From assembly GCF_006345805.1 (NCBI RefSeq), contig NC_043013.1, positions 4,216,001 through 4,280,000 on the forward strand: a stretch of 64,000 nucleotides of DNA. The letters run 5' to 3'. Positions 1 to 12,610 of this stretch are shown piece after piece (position 1 is the first letter of the stretch; each line of letters begins with the position of its first letter). The notes under the pieces were generated by a model. The model saw only the letters and a program-made list of their open reading frames with translations. It ran no database searches and was not told where the DNA came from. This stretch comes from Octopus sinensis. Its lineage: Eukaryota. The position numbers were made by a program, and so were the translations under genes.

Positions 1-125
1 TTCGTCAGAATATTTGCTGTAGCCCATCTTTTATACTAAGACAAAACAATGTAGATGAGACCACTTCCAATCAGTTAAGATCAGAAGCGATGTGAGCCAC
101 TGCCTGGTAGTGCATCAGGGTATTT
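1..125 (-). repeat. Fragment of unclassified dispersed repeat (longer copy at 46150-46710)
   Basis: CAGAATATTTGCTGTAGCCCATCTTTT...GAGCCACTGCCTGGTA closely matches 46590-46705 by eye; strand inferred from the TAA tail of the longer copy. Confidence 0.7.
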
Positions 126-137
126 TATCCTCCTCCT

Positions 138-168
<31 letters not shown>

Positions 169-299
169 ATCATCATCATTACCTTTCATCCATTACCTTT
201 ACCTCGACTTTATCTTTCATTCTTTCGGGGTCGGTAAATTAAATACTAGTCGATGTAATCAACTAGTTCACTAGTAGAAAAAAACATTATTATTGTTAT

Positions 300-700
300 T
301 ATCATAATTATTGTTGTTGTTGTTGTTTTACTTCTCAAGGCGTTCGGTCTTGCTTGTTTTAGTTGATTCTGTGAGAGCGGACAACAGCCGTTTGTCAGAG
401 GCCTCATAGAGTCTCTCTCTGCAAATTATACAAGTGATAATTGGTTGTTAAGTATCATAGAAGACAGTCAACTCCCAAGTACCAGTCTCAAAATTCTAGC
501 TGTCCCCAGCAGAGCACTTTTTTGGGGCGGGGGACGCTTGCTCTGCTTTGTTTACTAGTGCTCCGCGTACCCCTACAACAACTGGGATGATATACACTCC
601 CCTGATAGTCCACATTCTTGCAATTTTGACAAGTTTTAATGAGACCCATAATATTCAGGCATTCACTGTGTGAGACAGAATGCAAGGAGAGTCAATCTAT
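300..700 (-). mobile_element. R4/Dong-clade LINE, decayed 3' end (RLE C-terminus, 3' UTR, AAC/AAT tail)
   Basis: Minus-strand frames give IARMWTIRGVYIIPVVVGVRGAL and, after a frameshift, QKSALLGTARILRLVLGS*, the typical R4/Dong C-terminus; followed by an AAC/AAT-repeat tail at ~285-330. Confidence 0.75.
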
Positions 701-836
701 GTTGCAGATTCAGTTCATCAGGAGCTTGCAATTTGGGGCTTGATATACACTATAAAACAAACACATGCGCGAGTGCACCCATGATATTGTTAGTTTGCGC
801 GTGCTTGTTTGTATGTGTGTGTGTGTGTGTATACAC

Positions 837-1037
837 CAGCGGTTTTCAACCAGGGTTCCGCCAGTACAGTCCAGGGGTTCCGCAAGAAGTTACAAAACTG
901 CTAAAATCGGCAGTAATTTTTAATTCTCCTGTGCAGATATGTGTGCATAAGACTATTAAATTATTGCACAGGGGTTCCTCGAGCCAGTGGAATGTTTCCT
1001 TGGGGTTCCACTCCAGCAAAAAGTTTGAAAAGCACTG
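837..1037. mobile_element. hAT (Charlie-like) MITE, 201 bp
   Basis: Imperfect TIRs CAGCGGTTTTCAACC / GTTTGAAAAGCACTG; exact 8-bp TSD GTATACAC at 829-836 and 1038-1045. Confidence 0.9.
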
Positions 1038-1053
1038 GTATACACACATATAT

Positions 1054-1093
<40 letters not shown>

Positions 1094-1284
1094 ATTTTCG
1101 TATATTTTCCACCTTTGTTCTCTTGTTTGGATTCTCTACCTTCAGTAAGTGCGATTACCAGCCCCGTGCCTTCACGGAAGTCGGCGGTTCACTTCTTAGA
1201 CATTCTAGCACAATAGTAACTATTGTGTGGCCATTTTGATTGAAGAATTATCTTTGTTCTATACCGATATATTCGGACTAGAAT

Positions 1285-1507
1285 TTCCATTCTTTTCTAC
1301 TTTTCTACTCTAGGCATAAGGTCCGAAATTTTGGGGGAGGGGGACAATCGATTAGATCGACCCCAGTACGCAAATGGTACTTAATTTATCGACCTCGAAT
1401 GAAAGGCAAAGTCGACCTCGGTGGAATTTGAACTCTGAACGTAAAGGCAGACGAAATGCCGCTAAGCATTTTCCCCGGTGTGCTAACGTTTCTGCCAGCT
1501 CGCCGCC
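1285..1507 (-). mobile_element. tRNA-derived SINE family A, tail type 1
   Basis: Head GGCGGCGAGCTGGCAGAAACGTTAGCA (A box), GAGTTCAAATTCC (B box), central domain GTCGACTTTGCCTTTCA...GGTCGATAAATTAAGTACC, tail CCCCCAAAATTTCGGACCTTATGCCTAGAGTAGAAAAG. Confidence 0.85.
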
Positions 1508-1519
1508 TAGAGTTTCCAT

Positions 1520-1568
1520 AATAATAATGACAATAATAATAATGATGATAGTAATAATAATAATAATG

Positions 1569-1628
<60 letters not shown>
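1520..1628. repeat. (ATA)n microsatellite
   Basis: Direct reading. Confidence 0.95.
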
Positions 1629-1629
<1 letters not shown>

Positions 1630-2417
1630 CAAAGTTAGGTTTAACGCTTCTAGTTTTTGATATTTAATTGTCTTACAGGTCAATGTTATACTGAAAATAA
1701 GCTTTGATTAATAACAAGGGTTAGCGTTGTACTTTCTCTGAAGGACATATAATTAATCCCTTTGTTAGACAATCTAAGATCTCGGAAATGACGGGCAATA
1801 TCACAATTAGAAAAATAACTAATTTCGACATGTCTCTTTTATGGACAGCAGAATGGAAAACAACCCAAACCTGTTGCTTTAAGAAGAAAAGTTTAATCTT
1901 CTGTGACAACTAACGAACAGAACAATAATCTGAAGAAGTCAGATGGGTACAATGGCCAAAGATTTGTAAATATTATAATGGAGATGTGAATAATAGTCCG
2001 AATGTATAAGTGTACAATAATTCTCCAATAATTTCCCGTGAAAGAAGAAAAAGCAGAACATAAGATTCACACACAGCAGCGTCCCTGTCAAAGAACTCGG
2101 AAGCTTGGGCCTTCAACCAGGCCTTTCGCGATACTGTTAAAGCTAGGAACTATTCAGCACCCTGTGTATGTGTGTGTGTGTGTGCGAACGCGTGTGTGTT
2201 AAAAAATAATTAGGCAAACTTTATCCAACATCAGCCGATGATCCCACACCACAGTAAGAAGCGCAAAGAAAGGCAGCTCTGTTCAACTCATTACTTCATC
2301 AGGATCAAGCCTTGAGAGTATGGCGGAAACTGACTGCCGAAAAATACAGAAGAATTGAATACATGTGGTATGTATAGATATATATGTATATACGTATATG
2401 TATGTATGTATATATAT

Positions 2418-2467
<50 letters not shown>

Positions 2468-2567
2468 ACAACGGGAAGGTTTACGAAAATAAACAAAAGA
2501 CGAAGGCAGGTGGAGTACAAACAAACAAATGTATTAGTATAGCGCTCAGGAATAGAAATAGAACAAG

Positions 2568-2605
2568 TCTTTTACGTTTCGAGCCTACGCTCTTCGACAG
2601 AAAGA
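2568..2605 (-). ncRNA. Minimal type I hammerhead-like motif, variant core CUGUCGA
   Basis: Minus strand: UCUUU-CUGUCGA-A-GAGC(GUAG)GCUC-GAAA-CG-UA-AAAGA; 5-bp stem I, 4-bp stem II, palindromic ACGU stem III, GUA site. Confidence 0.6.
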
Positions 2606-2760
2606 TACACAGAAAAAAACAAGGAGAGAAACAAGGAGAGAAAAAATTGCGTGTAGGAGCTAACGATCTATCATGGCGAGAATTCACAAAAAACAAGACG
2701 AAGACAGGTGGTGTAGACAACAAACAGATGTATTAGTATAAGGCTCGGGAAGTGAAAAAG

Positions 2761-2798
2761 TCTTTAACGTTTCGAACCTACGCTCTTCCACAGAAAGG
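2761..2798 (-). ncRNA. Minimal hammerhead-like motif, variant core CUGUGGA
   Basis: Minus strand: CCUUU-CUGUGGA-A-GAGC(GUAG)GUUC-GAAA-CG-UU-AAAGA; one G.U in stem II. Confidence 0.55.
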
Positions 2799-3680
2799 AA
2801 CACAGAGAGAAACAGGGGGAAAATAAAGAATGTGTAGTGGCTTTCAGCTTGAAAGCTGCTGTCATGAGGTAGTTCGATGTTTCTGCTCTCATCTGTGTTT
2901 CCTGCACATGGATATATTCATATATATGACACACACACACATATATCACATATGTTTATGATACATAAAGGTGTGCGTGCAAACACTACACACAAACACA
3001 CAAATATATATGTATATATTTTATACTTGTGTGTAGAAAACTTTTAAAACATATAAAAAAATTAACTTCCGCTCCTCCTTATTTTGGATTTCCATATTGA
3101 CGGACGGAAGCGTGAGCAATTTCCCATAATTGGAACGATTAAATCATTCTCGTTCGTCATTTGTGATATTCTAGAATACAACAAATGGGAATGTTTTTGC
3201 GTCGGACTGGCCCTCTACTTCATTAACTCTGGACAATCCTTTACTGACCGATATTTAATGCCACAAACCATCGCCAGACTGAAAAGGTCAATCGCGCAGT
3301 GGAAGAGATACAAGATTCGGTTGCTTTTATTTTATTAATACTTCACGGGAATTGGATTTGTAATTCTCAAATATTTCATTAATTCCAGGAGAGACAGCCA
3401 CCATTGTAGGGTCAAATAAATGAATTTAACTTCTCCGTAAAACTTAATATAGATATAAAACTATTATCGGGCAATTTCTTTTGCATTTGGCCGCTACAAT
3501 TCTTTCTCGTACATGTTACGTTATGTTTGTGTTCAGTTCTTTCTGTTTTTTTTCCCCTCAAGACATCTTCCTTCTATCTGTCTAACCTGAAGTAGAGTTT
3601 AAGCTCAAAATGTTAGTCTCTCTTTTAAGCTTTAAATAATTAAATTTTGTTTTCACTTTGTATATATATATATATATTAT

Positions 3681-3736
<56 letters not shown>

Positions 3737-4129
3737 CAAAATAAGCAACAAGAATATCGTCGGTAATTTGGTACGATCGTTTCACGCTACATCATTTTAT
3801 TAAACATTGTAAGTACCAAATTACTGAAGATATCGTGGTCGATAAACAATCAGTAGTTAAGTGCTGCTGCTAGCGGCGAAACAACAGCTGGAGCAAGCAA
3901 ATATATCACAATTTGTGATACCAAACGTTTGCTAAATAAATAGCTTTTTATATCAAAGAAATTAGTAAGGATTCTGGATATGTGTCCCAAGCAACTTAGA
4001 GGTGAAAGCTACGGTACTTTAATGGTTAAAACAATCCCATCGCTTTCGAATGGTTCAGAAACAGTTTCTCAGACAATAGTCAGACCGATACAGACATATT
4101 CGCGTGCGCACACACAGACACACACACGC

Positions 4130-4274
4130 ATACGATAGGCTACTTTCAGTTTGTGCCTACCAAATACCCGCACAAGTCTTTGGCTGGCCCAAAACTATAG
4201 TAGAAAATATTCGCCCAAAATGCCGCGCAGTGTGCCTGAACTCGGAACTATGTGCTAGAAAAGCAAGCTTCTGA

Positions 4275-4280
<6 letters not shown>
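4130..4280 (-). mobile_element. SINE family B, diverged 5' half
   Basis: Reverse complement matches the family B head (GGCATTTTGGGCGAATATTTTCTACTATAG...GGTAGGCACAAACTGAAAG). Confidence 0.65.
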
Positions 4281-4311
<31 letters not shown>

Positions 4312-4816
4312 TAAAAATATAAATATAGTTTTCTTGAATTTAAATATCAAAAACAAATATATTAACTGAAAAAAAGAATTCAATGCTAATCCAGAATCTT
4401 GTTATTCGATGACAAAGATGAAGATTACTTATTGTTACAAAAGCCAATAAGATTACTTCGTATGTTACAAAAGCCAATCATGTTTTCTGTTGCAGTCACA
4501 GATATTGAAATTTTAAAATCATGTGGAAATTTTCAAATTTGGTATATTGATGTACTTTTTCACGCTGAATCTAATTTTGAGATTCATTTATTCGACAAAA
4601 ATTTTAGAAAAATGTTACAGAGGTTTAAAGCTTGATCATTTTTGCTCAGTCAGAGAATAGGATTTGTTCATGATATTTGAGAGTCATAAAATGAAAGAAA
4701 ACATTGCAAGACGAAGTTTTACACAAAATGAAAGCACTGCGTGAGAGATAATACATATATAGAGAAGAGAGAGAGACAGACAGAGAGACAGAGAGGGAGA
4801 GAGAACGGGAGAGGAG

Positions 4817-4854
<38 letters not shown>

Positions 4855-5009
4855 AGATTTGTCGATTTAAAAAGTTGAGTTGTTTCTTGTAGCAAATTAT
4901 ATTTCTTTTTATTAATATTTATTGACAACTTTCCATTTGGAACACAGATTTCAAAAACCAAATTCGCTTTCTTCAGGACGCAGGTGCTAAACACTCATAC
5001 ATAACCACA

Positions 5010-5220
5010 AACACTCCCATTTATATTGTATGTATGTATGTATGTATGTATGTATGTATTGGTATGTATTATGTATGTGTATGTTACTACCGTACGTACG
5101 TATGTATGTATGTATGTATGTTGTAGGTATGTATGTATGTATGTATGTACGTACGTACGTACGTATGTATGTATGTATGTATGTATGTATGTATGTTGTG
5201 TATGTATGTATGTATGTATA
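5010..5220. repeat. (GTAT)n compound microsatellite
   Basis: Direct reading. Confidence 0.95.
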
Positions 5221-5472
5221 TATAAACGAGTGAGTGGACAAAGAAAAGAAAGGCATTCACCAGTTTATTGGGAGTTAGAAGAATGGACCAAAACTGATTC
5301 GCGCTTGAAACTCAAGAGTACCAACATATTTGAATCAAACTGTTTTGATCCATATACATATATATATGAACACACACACACAGACACACATACACATACA
5401 CACAACACAATATATATATATTATATATATATATTATATATATATATATAATATATATATTATATATATATA

Positions 5473-5503
<31 letters not shown>

Positions 5504-5784
5504 ATAATATATATATATATATTATATATACATATATATATATGCATATATGGGTACAGGACGTCACCAACGGTGCAAATAACATGAAATACATAAACGA
5601 ACGAGGTAAAATGAGTGAAGTACGTAAGTACGAAAACAAAATGGGAAATAGGACAAATTAACACTGCGTAAGGACCCTTCATCAGTTGTCGACTGTCTAT
5701 CTACGCGTCATATATATGTATATGTATATATATGTACATATATATGTATATATATATATATTTTTTCATATATATGTATATATA

Positions 5785-6115
5785 TATATTTTTTTTCAAG
5801 GCGTCCTCCGGTTGCGAATGACCATAGGATTGCACCTAGAAAGTTCCCCTCCGAGGCACAACTCCGGACAAGATTGTTTGTGGAAGACCAGCAGTCGCCC
5901 ATGCATACCAATCTCTCTCTATCCAAACCACTGATGCTGTCCAAGGAAAAAGCAAAGGCCAATACAGCTTAGTACCAATGACGACGCAGCTCACTGGAGC
6001 AACGTAGAATAAGTGCATCGCTGAAGAACACAGCACACAGCCCGGTCCAGGAATCGAATCTACAACCTCACGATTGTAAGCCCGATGTTCTAACCACTGA
6101 CCCATGCATCTTCAT
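5785..6115 (-). mobile_element. tRNA-derived SINE family D
   Basis: Head TGGGTCAGTGGTTAGAACATCGGGC...GATTCGATTCCTGG; tail CTTCCACAAACAATCTTGTCCGG...GGGGAACTTTCTAGGTGCAATCC shared with the copy at 47397-47700. Confidence 0.8.
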
Positions 6116-6469
6116 GCACGCACTCACGCACGCACACACACACATACACACACACATGTACACACTCATACACACATACGCACACACACATACACTTACA
6201 TGCACAATAAAAATAAAAAGACACAAGAAGACAAGAAAGAGTTTCGCATTGTCAGCGTTGTTTCGGTACCATTCTATTTTTGATGCCATTGCACAAGTTC
6301 TATGTGAAAAGTTACGTAACATTTGCAGCTTTAAACACTCGAATTCCACTTCATCAGACTTGCTTCAATTAGCGCGGTTATACATTTTGAAACTGTCAAG
6401 GGTTTTATTCTGTTTATAGCGGGAGAAAACAATAAGTATGAAATAGATAAATATGTAAATATCAATGTA

Positions 6470-6695
6470 TGTGTGTTTGTGTTTGTCCCTCGCGACCGCT
6501 TGCAAATCGGTGTTGGTTTGTTTACGTACATGTAATTTAGCGGTTCGGCACAACTGACCCATACATAGAATAAGCACCGCGCTTAAAAAAAAGGTGTGGG
6601 GAGGAGTACTGGGGTTGATTCGTTTGACTAAATCCATTCAAACTGGTCCCAACATGGCCGCAGTCTGATGAAACAGGTAATAAAAATAAAAATAA
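6470..6695 (+). mobile_element. SINE family B, 3' half
   Basis: TTTGTCCC...TAGCGGTTCGGCA...AGAATAAG...CATGGCCGCAGTC...GAAACAGGTAATAAAA. Confidence 0.7.
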
Positions 6696-7125
6696 AGTAT
6701 GTACGTATTTGTATATGGTTATCTTTTGGTTTTCATGATGAAGATTCAGTTATTCAATGAAATGAGTCACCTGTTCTTTGCACCAGAATGTAAGTAGGTA
6801 TACATAGCACACACACATTCATTCTTAATGTAATCCCCCGGCACTATGTCACACTATGTGTGACAAAGGGGCACTTTACAATTATGGGTATAATCCATCC
6901 AAATTGCTTGAATCATAGTTTTCGTTTACTTAATTTCATTCACAAAATATAGATTAACTCGACGCTACAGAAACTGAGAATAACTGAAGTGGGATCGAAT
7001 ATAGTACCTCGTGGTCTAGAAGCAGGCCATGCTAACGCATATTTATATATATGTAAATATATATTGTAATATATGTATATACATAGTAACGCGCACATAC
7101 ATATATACACGTTTATATGTAGGCT

Positions 7126-7129
<4 letters not shown>

Positions 7130-7157
<28 letters not shown>

Positions 7158-7389
7158 TGTATGTATGTATGTATGTATGCATGTATGTATGTATACAAAT
7201 AAATACATATATATATATATATAAATAAATGTTTACTTTTATACATATACGTATGTATATATGTATGTATGGATGTATATATATATATATATAAACACAT
7301 ATATATATATGTATATTTGCATATAAATATATCTATATGTATGTATATTTGTATCTCTCTCTCTCTCTCTCTCTCTCTTCCTCTCTCTA

Positions 7390-7435
<46 letters not shown>

Positions 7436-7508
7436 TATACACATGCATGTATATGTATATACACATATATATGTATATATATATATAAGCACGCACACAC
7501 ATACACAC

Positions 7509-7570
<62 letters not shown>
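7130..7570. repeat. Compound microsatellite (GTAT/TA/CT/CA)
   Basis: Direct reading. Confidence 0.95.
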
Positions 7571-8249
7571 ATATCTTGTACATGCGCATATACAAAAAGA
7601 TATGATATCAGAAAGGGCTTAGATATGTATGTTGATGTATGTAAAAATATAAACATATACATTGAAAGTTGCGTATTTTTAAGTCATAAAAAGGAACGAA
7701 ATAATTCATTCTCGAGCAAATTGTCCAATAATGTGCAAGAAATGATGTAGTCTGAAGGTTTTTACTGAATATTTCCATTTGAAATGAATGATCTGAAGAA
7801 GCTCTAGGAATAATCTGCATAATTAGTCTAGCATGAAATGTCATTTGGGGGAATTGACGAGGTCAGTCCGATTGAACTATCCTAACCCTATCTTCAAATT
7901 CGTGTCACTTCCGGACATGTCAACTCCAATGATCGCTCGTATTGGCAATAAGGCAAATCTCAAAGAGCATATGTAAATCAAGTGTTTTTTATCACCGGAT
8001 CTAAATAAACTGCGGATAGATTAATGAAATTCTTTGTAGATGCGTGAGTGTGGGTGTAAGAGAGAGATAGTAAAGGAGCGGAAGTGTAGAGAAAGTCATA
8101 AATGGAGTTGGAAAGAATAGATAAGGGATCAGAGGAGTGAAGTGGAATATATAAAGCAAAAACAACAAAAAACTAACGAAGCAGGTGGATATACGTTTTA
8201 ATAAGTTCAACTAGAAATGTACCAAGAAAAATTTCCATACATAGATTAG

Positions 8250-8610
8250 TTTCAAATTTTCGAACAAAGCCAGCAATTTCAAGGGAGGGGTAAGTCGATT
8301 ACATCGACACCAGTGCTCAACTGGTACTTATTTTATCGACCCTGAAAGGATGAAAGGCAAAGTCGACCTTGGGGGAATTTGAGTCCAGAACGTAAAGATG
8401 GACAAAATTTTATCTGGCTTGCTAAAATCCATACATATATCGGTTTCAAATTTTGGCACAAACCCTGGATTCAAGGGCGGTGTTAAGTCCATTGCATCAA
8501 CCGCAGTGCTCAATTGATATTTATTTTATCGATCCAAAATGCATAAATGGCGAAGTTGACTTCGGCGGAATTTGAATTTAGAGCATAAAGATGGACGATA
8601 TGCCGCTAAA
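8250..8610 (-). mobile_element. Two adjacent diverged SINE family A copies
   Basis: Two successive matches to TTTTATCGACCC.GAAAGGATGAAAGGCAAAGTCGACC..GG.GGAATTTGA. Confidence 0.75.
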
Positions 8611-8664
8611 TTTCATACATATACCTTATATTGTATGAAGTATTGTTTCTTTCTTTTCTTATGT

Positions 8665-8886
8665 AGTTTTTCAGTCATTGGACTGCGGTCATGCTACGAG
8701 ACTGCCTTGAAGAATTTGTAGTCGAATGAATCGATCCTAGTATGAAAGCATAGTACTTATTTTATAGAACTCCTTTGCCGAAACGCTATGTTACGTGGAC
8801 ATAAAAACACAAAAACCGGTTGTCAAGCGGTGGTGAGTGTCAAACACCAGCACAAAGACACACACACTCACACGCACGCACACACA

Positions 8887-8917
<31 letters not shown>

Positions 8918-9090
8918 CAACACACACACACACACACACACACATACGATGGGCTTCTGTCAGTTCCGTCAACAAAATTCTCTGACAAGGTTTTGGCTAT
9001 AGTAGAAGACACTTGCCCAAGCTGCCATGCAGTGCGATTGAATCCGTAACCATGTGGTTGGGAAGCAAGCTTTTTACCACGCAACAACGT
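8665..9090 (-). mobile_element. SINE family B, full length with internal (CA)n
   Basis: Head at ~9090-8945 and 3' half at ~8850-8665 separated by an expanded CA tract. Confidence 0.75.
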
Positions 9091-9269
9091 CTGGGCTTAG
9101 TATACAGAAGTGCGTTGTGTTGAACCGGCGGAGTCGTGAGAAAATGTTAAATAAATTGCTTTTCGTTATTTGTTCCGCAACGCCGAGTTCAAATACCATC
9201 AATGAAACTTTATTATTCATATTTTTAGGGGCTAATAAAAGATAGCGTACAAGTCCACATCGGTGAATA

Positions 9270-9505
9270 TCTTTTTTTTTTACTACCCACAAGGGGCTAA
9301 ACAAAGAGGGGACAAACAAGGACAGACAGACGGATTAAGTCGATTATATCGACCCCAGTGCGTAACTGGTACTTAATTTATCGACCCCGAAAGGATGAAA
9401 GGCAAAGTCAACCTCGGCGGAATTTGAACTCAGAACGTAACGACAGACGAAATACGGCTACGCATTTCGCCCGGCGTGCTAACGTTTCTGCCAGCTCACC
9501 GCCTT
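9270..9505 (-). mobile_element. SINE family A, tail type 2
   Basis: Full head and core; tail CCGTCTGTCTGTCCTTGTTTGTCCCCTCTTTGTTTAGCCCCTTGTGGGTAGTAAA. Confidence 0.9.
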
Positions 9506-9629
9506 AGAGATACTTGGTGATATCTCTTCGTGTGTCTGAGTTCAAATCCCAACTCATGTCACCATGAAAGGCTTACGCTGATTTAAAGTGTCCCCAAGTA
9601 ATTTCAGCTGCTAATCTCGCTGACTTTTA

Positions 9630-9800
9630 CTTGCTTCAGTCATTGGACTGCAGCCTTAAAGGGCTTAGACGAGCAAATCAATCCCAGTACTTATTTCTTT
9701 TTAAGTTTAGTCCTTGTTCTAATGGTTCTTTTGCAAATTTATGGGGACGTAAACATACAAATCGGCGACGGGGACTAACACAAATGCAAAGACACGCAAA
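9630..9800 (-). mobile_element. SINE family B, diverged 3' half
   Basis: TTACTTGCTTCAGTCATTGGACTGC...CCCAGTACTTATTTC...GGGGACGTAAACA matches the family B 3' half. Confidence 0.6.
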
Positions 9801-9818
9801 CACATATACACAGACACA

Positions 9819-10204
9819 GGCGCAGCGTGGCTGTGTGGTAAAAAGCTTGCTTCCCACCCTGATGGTTCCGAGTTCATCCCAGTGCACGACATCTTGGGCA
9901 AGTGTCGCCCGCTATACCCTCGGGACGATAAAGCCTAGAAAGTGAATTTGGCAAACAGAAAGAAACCCATCGTGTATCAATATATATATATATTTCTTTA
10001 CTACACACAGAGAGGACAAACAAAGACAGACAAAGGGATTAAGTCGATTATATCGACCCCAGTGCGTAACTGGTACTTACTTTATCGACCCCGAAAGGAT
10101 GAAAGGCAAAGTCGACCTCGGCGGAATTTGAACTCACAACGTAACGGCAGACGAAATACGGCTACGCATTTCGACCGGCGCGCTAACGTTTCTGCCAGCT
10201 CGCC

Positions 10205-10240
<36 letters not shown>

Positions 10241-10380
10241 GTACGCATGTGTATGTGTGTGTTCGTGAGCATGTGTGTGTGTGCGTGAGCGTTTGTCATT
10301 GTGTCTGCAGTTGTTCCCCACCACCGTTTGACAATCGGCCCTGGTTTGTTTACGTTCCCGATAACTAGCAGGCTTAAAAA
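9819..10380 (+). mobile_element. SINE family B interrupted by a family A copy
   Basis: Head GGCGCAGCGTGGCTGTGTGGTAA at 9819; 3' half resumes after 10205. Confidence 0.75.
9995..10204 (-). mobile_element. SINE family A (tail type 2) nested in the microsatellite of a family B SINE
   Basis: Full family A match, flanked by ATATATATAT on both sides. Confidence 0.85.
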
Positions 10381-10630
10381 GAAAGAAAGAAAGTCCTAAG
10401 GTCGATCAGTATGGGTGTCGTCTAATAACTGAAATAAATAACGGATAAACAAAGTAGAGGTCGAGCTTGCGCTGCAGTGGAAGAAGACATTTGCCCTGTA
10501 GCCTGCTCAGTGCTACTGAACCAAGAGGACATGACTGAAACTTCTTAGTAACATATGCACGCCAGCGCCTACAACTTCGGTCTACTCTCACACACGTAGT
10601 CATACATTCATAATATTTAGTGGTTACTCC

Positions 10631-10631
<1 letters not shown>

Positions 10632-10706
<75 letters not shown>
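10632..10706. repeat. (CT)n microsatellite
   Basis: Direct reading. Confidence 0.95.
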
Positions 10707-10711
<5 letters not shown>

Positions 10712-11082
10712 GTGCAAGTTTATATCCATGAGATATTGAGAGATTTATCTTACAGTAAAGGATCTATATTTTAATAAGGAAAATCATTTAAAAATATATT
10801 TTGGTCGCCGAGAAAGGACTGTCGTAGTCGTATTATAAAGGACTATGCATTAAATTATCAGTCACAGAACAATATATTGTCCTGCTATATACTTAAAAGG
10901 ATATTCCAGGGTCCAGATATCTCAATATCCATCATATACACATGGACTAAATACATATACACACAAACACGCATACACACAGACATGCCCTCACTTGCGC
11001 ATTCGTATATGCACACTCATACACATGTATATATGTTTGTATGTCTAAATAAATATGTGTGTGAATATATATATATATATGT

Positions 11083-11137
<55 letters not shown>

Positions 11138-11319
11138 TACACACACATACGCGTATATGTGTGCATATGTGTGCATTTACATGTGCGAAACTGTGAGAAA
11201 GATAGTGTTGATATAAAACACGCTGAACCGCCCGATTCCAAAATGTAAGCAGAAAAGTCTTTCAGGAATTCTTATAACAACAGTCTCAACAAGATAAAGC
11301 AGCAGCAGCAGCCGAGAGA

Positions 11320-11364
11320 TGATGATAGTGATAATAATGATGTTGGTGAAGATGATGACGATGG

Positions 11365-11399
<35 letters not shown>

Positions 11400-11571
11400 G
11401 AGGATGATGATGATGATTGAGGATGATGACGACGACAACGACAACAGTGATGATGATGATAATGATGATGACGATGATGATGATGACGACAGTGATGATG
11501 ATAATGATGATGGTGCTAATGATATTGATACTGATTGCCAAAAGGATATATTATTAATATTATTCTCGTTG

Positions 11572-11639
<68 letters not shown>

Positions 11640-11737
11640 CATCATCATCATCATCATCGTCATTATTATCATCATCGTCATCGTCTTCATCATCATCATC
11701 ATCGTCGTCGTCGTCGTCATCATCATCATTATTATTA

Positions 11738-11790
<53 letters not shown>

Positions 11791-11800
11791 AACACTAACA
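11320..11800. repeat. Compound trinucleotide tract (GAT)n-(ATT)n-(CAT)n-(ATT)n
   Basis: Direct reading. Confidence 0.95.
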
Positions 11801-12576
11801 TCAACAATAATAACATTGGAGACGTTTCATTTATATGGATAAAGAATGTTCTTATCTGGAAGTTGGTCGACCCCAATTCTGCTCGGGATGAAATGAGTAC
11901 AATTAGGGCTCAGATTACTGGGGAGCAAATATCTTAAACAGGCATTGTTTTTACAAAACCCCTCTCTCCCTCTATTAATAACATAGATTGTATGCGACTG
12001 TGTCTGGTTAGCAGTGAACTCATATCGAAGGCAACGCATGAATGCACGGTAACATGACGAGAGTTGGATGTTATCAAGGAACCTCTGTCGTTTTTTACAG
12101 TTGGGTAAACTTATAGAGTTTAACCCTGTATCTCCAACTCTTCTCATTCCGTCGAATATTCAGCATGATGCTGCAGTTGTACATTAACTCCTTGAATGTT
12201 GTAAATCGCATATAAGGAACAAGTGCAAAGAAATATGTAAAGACGTCTAAGTACGCAGCCATTCGTCTGTCATTCCGCTCGCGCCCGTATCTGTCTATTA
12301 CATTTATATTCATATACACATATAAATGGTATATACTCAAATAAATGTACCTCTTTCGTCACTTAAATGCATTTGTTTACAACTATATATGCAATATATA
12401 CATAATACACACACGCATACACACATAAGTGACAGTGAGAGTTGTGTGTGTGCATGTGTGTGTGAGAGAGAGAGAGGGAGGGAGAGAGAGAAAGTAGCAA
12501 TGAAATATATATAAGCACACATACATATATGTGTATCATATTATCTATAATATATGCAAATATGTATTATACATAC

Positions 12577-12610
<34 letters not shown>

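Larger units (their letters stand above)
2485..2840 (-). mobile_element. Tandem dimer (~193-bp period) of a hammerhead-bearing, probably Penelope-derived repeat
   Basis: Two diverged copies of AAAAGACGAAG.CAGGTGG...GTATTAGTATA...TCTTT.ACGTTTCGA.CCTACGCTCTTC.ACAGAAAG; further copies at 40390-40480 and 47850-48050. Confidence 0.75.

Noticed and set aside
5655-5710. CTGATGAAGGG on the minus strand (also CTGAAGAAGGGG at 12845-12856)
   Set aside because: No GAAA after a plausible stem II; probably Penelope-repeat debris but not a ribozyme as it stands.
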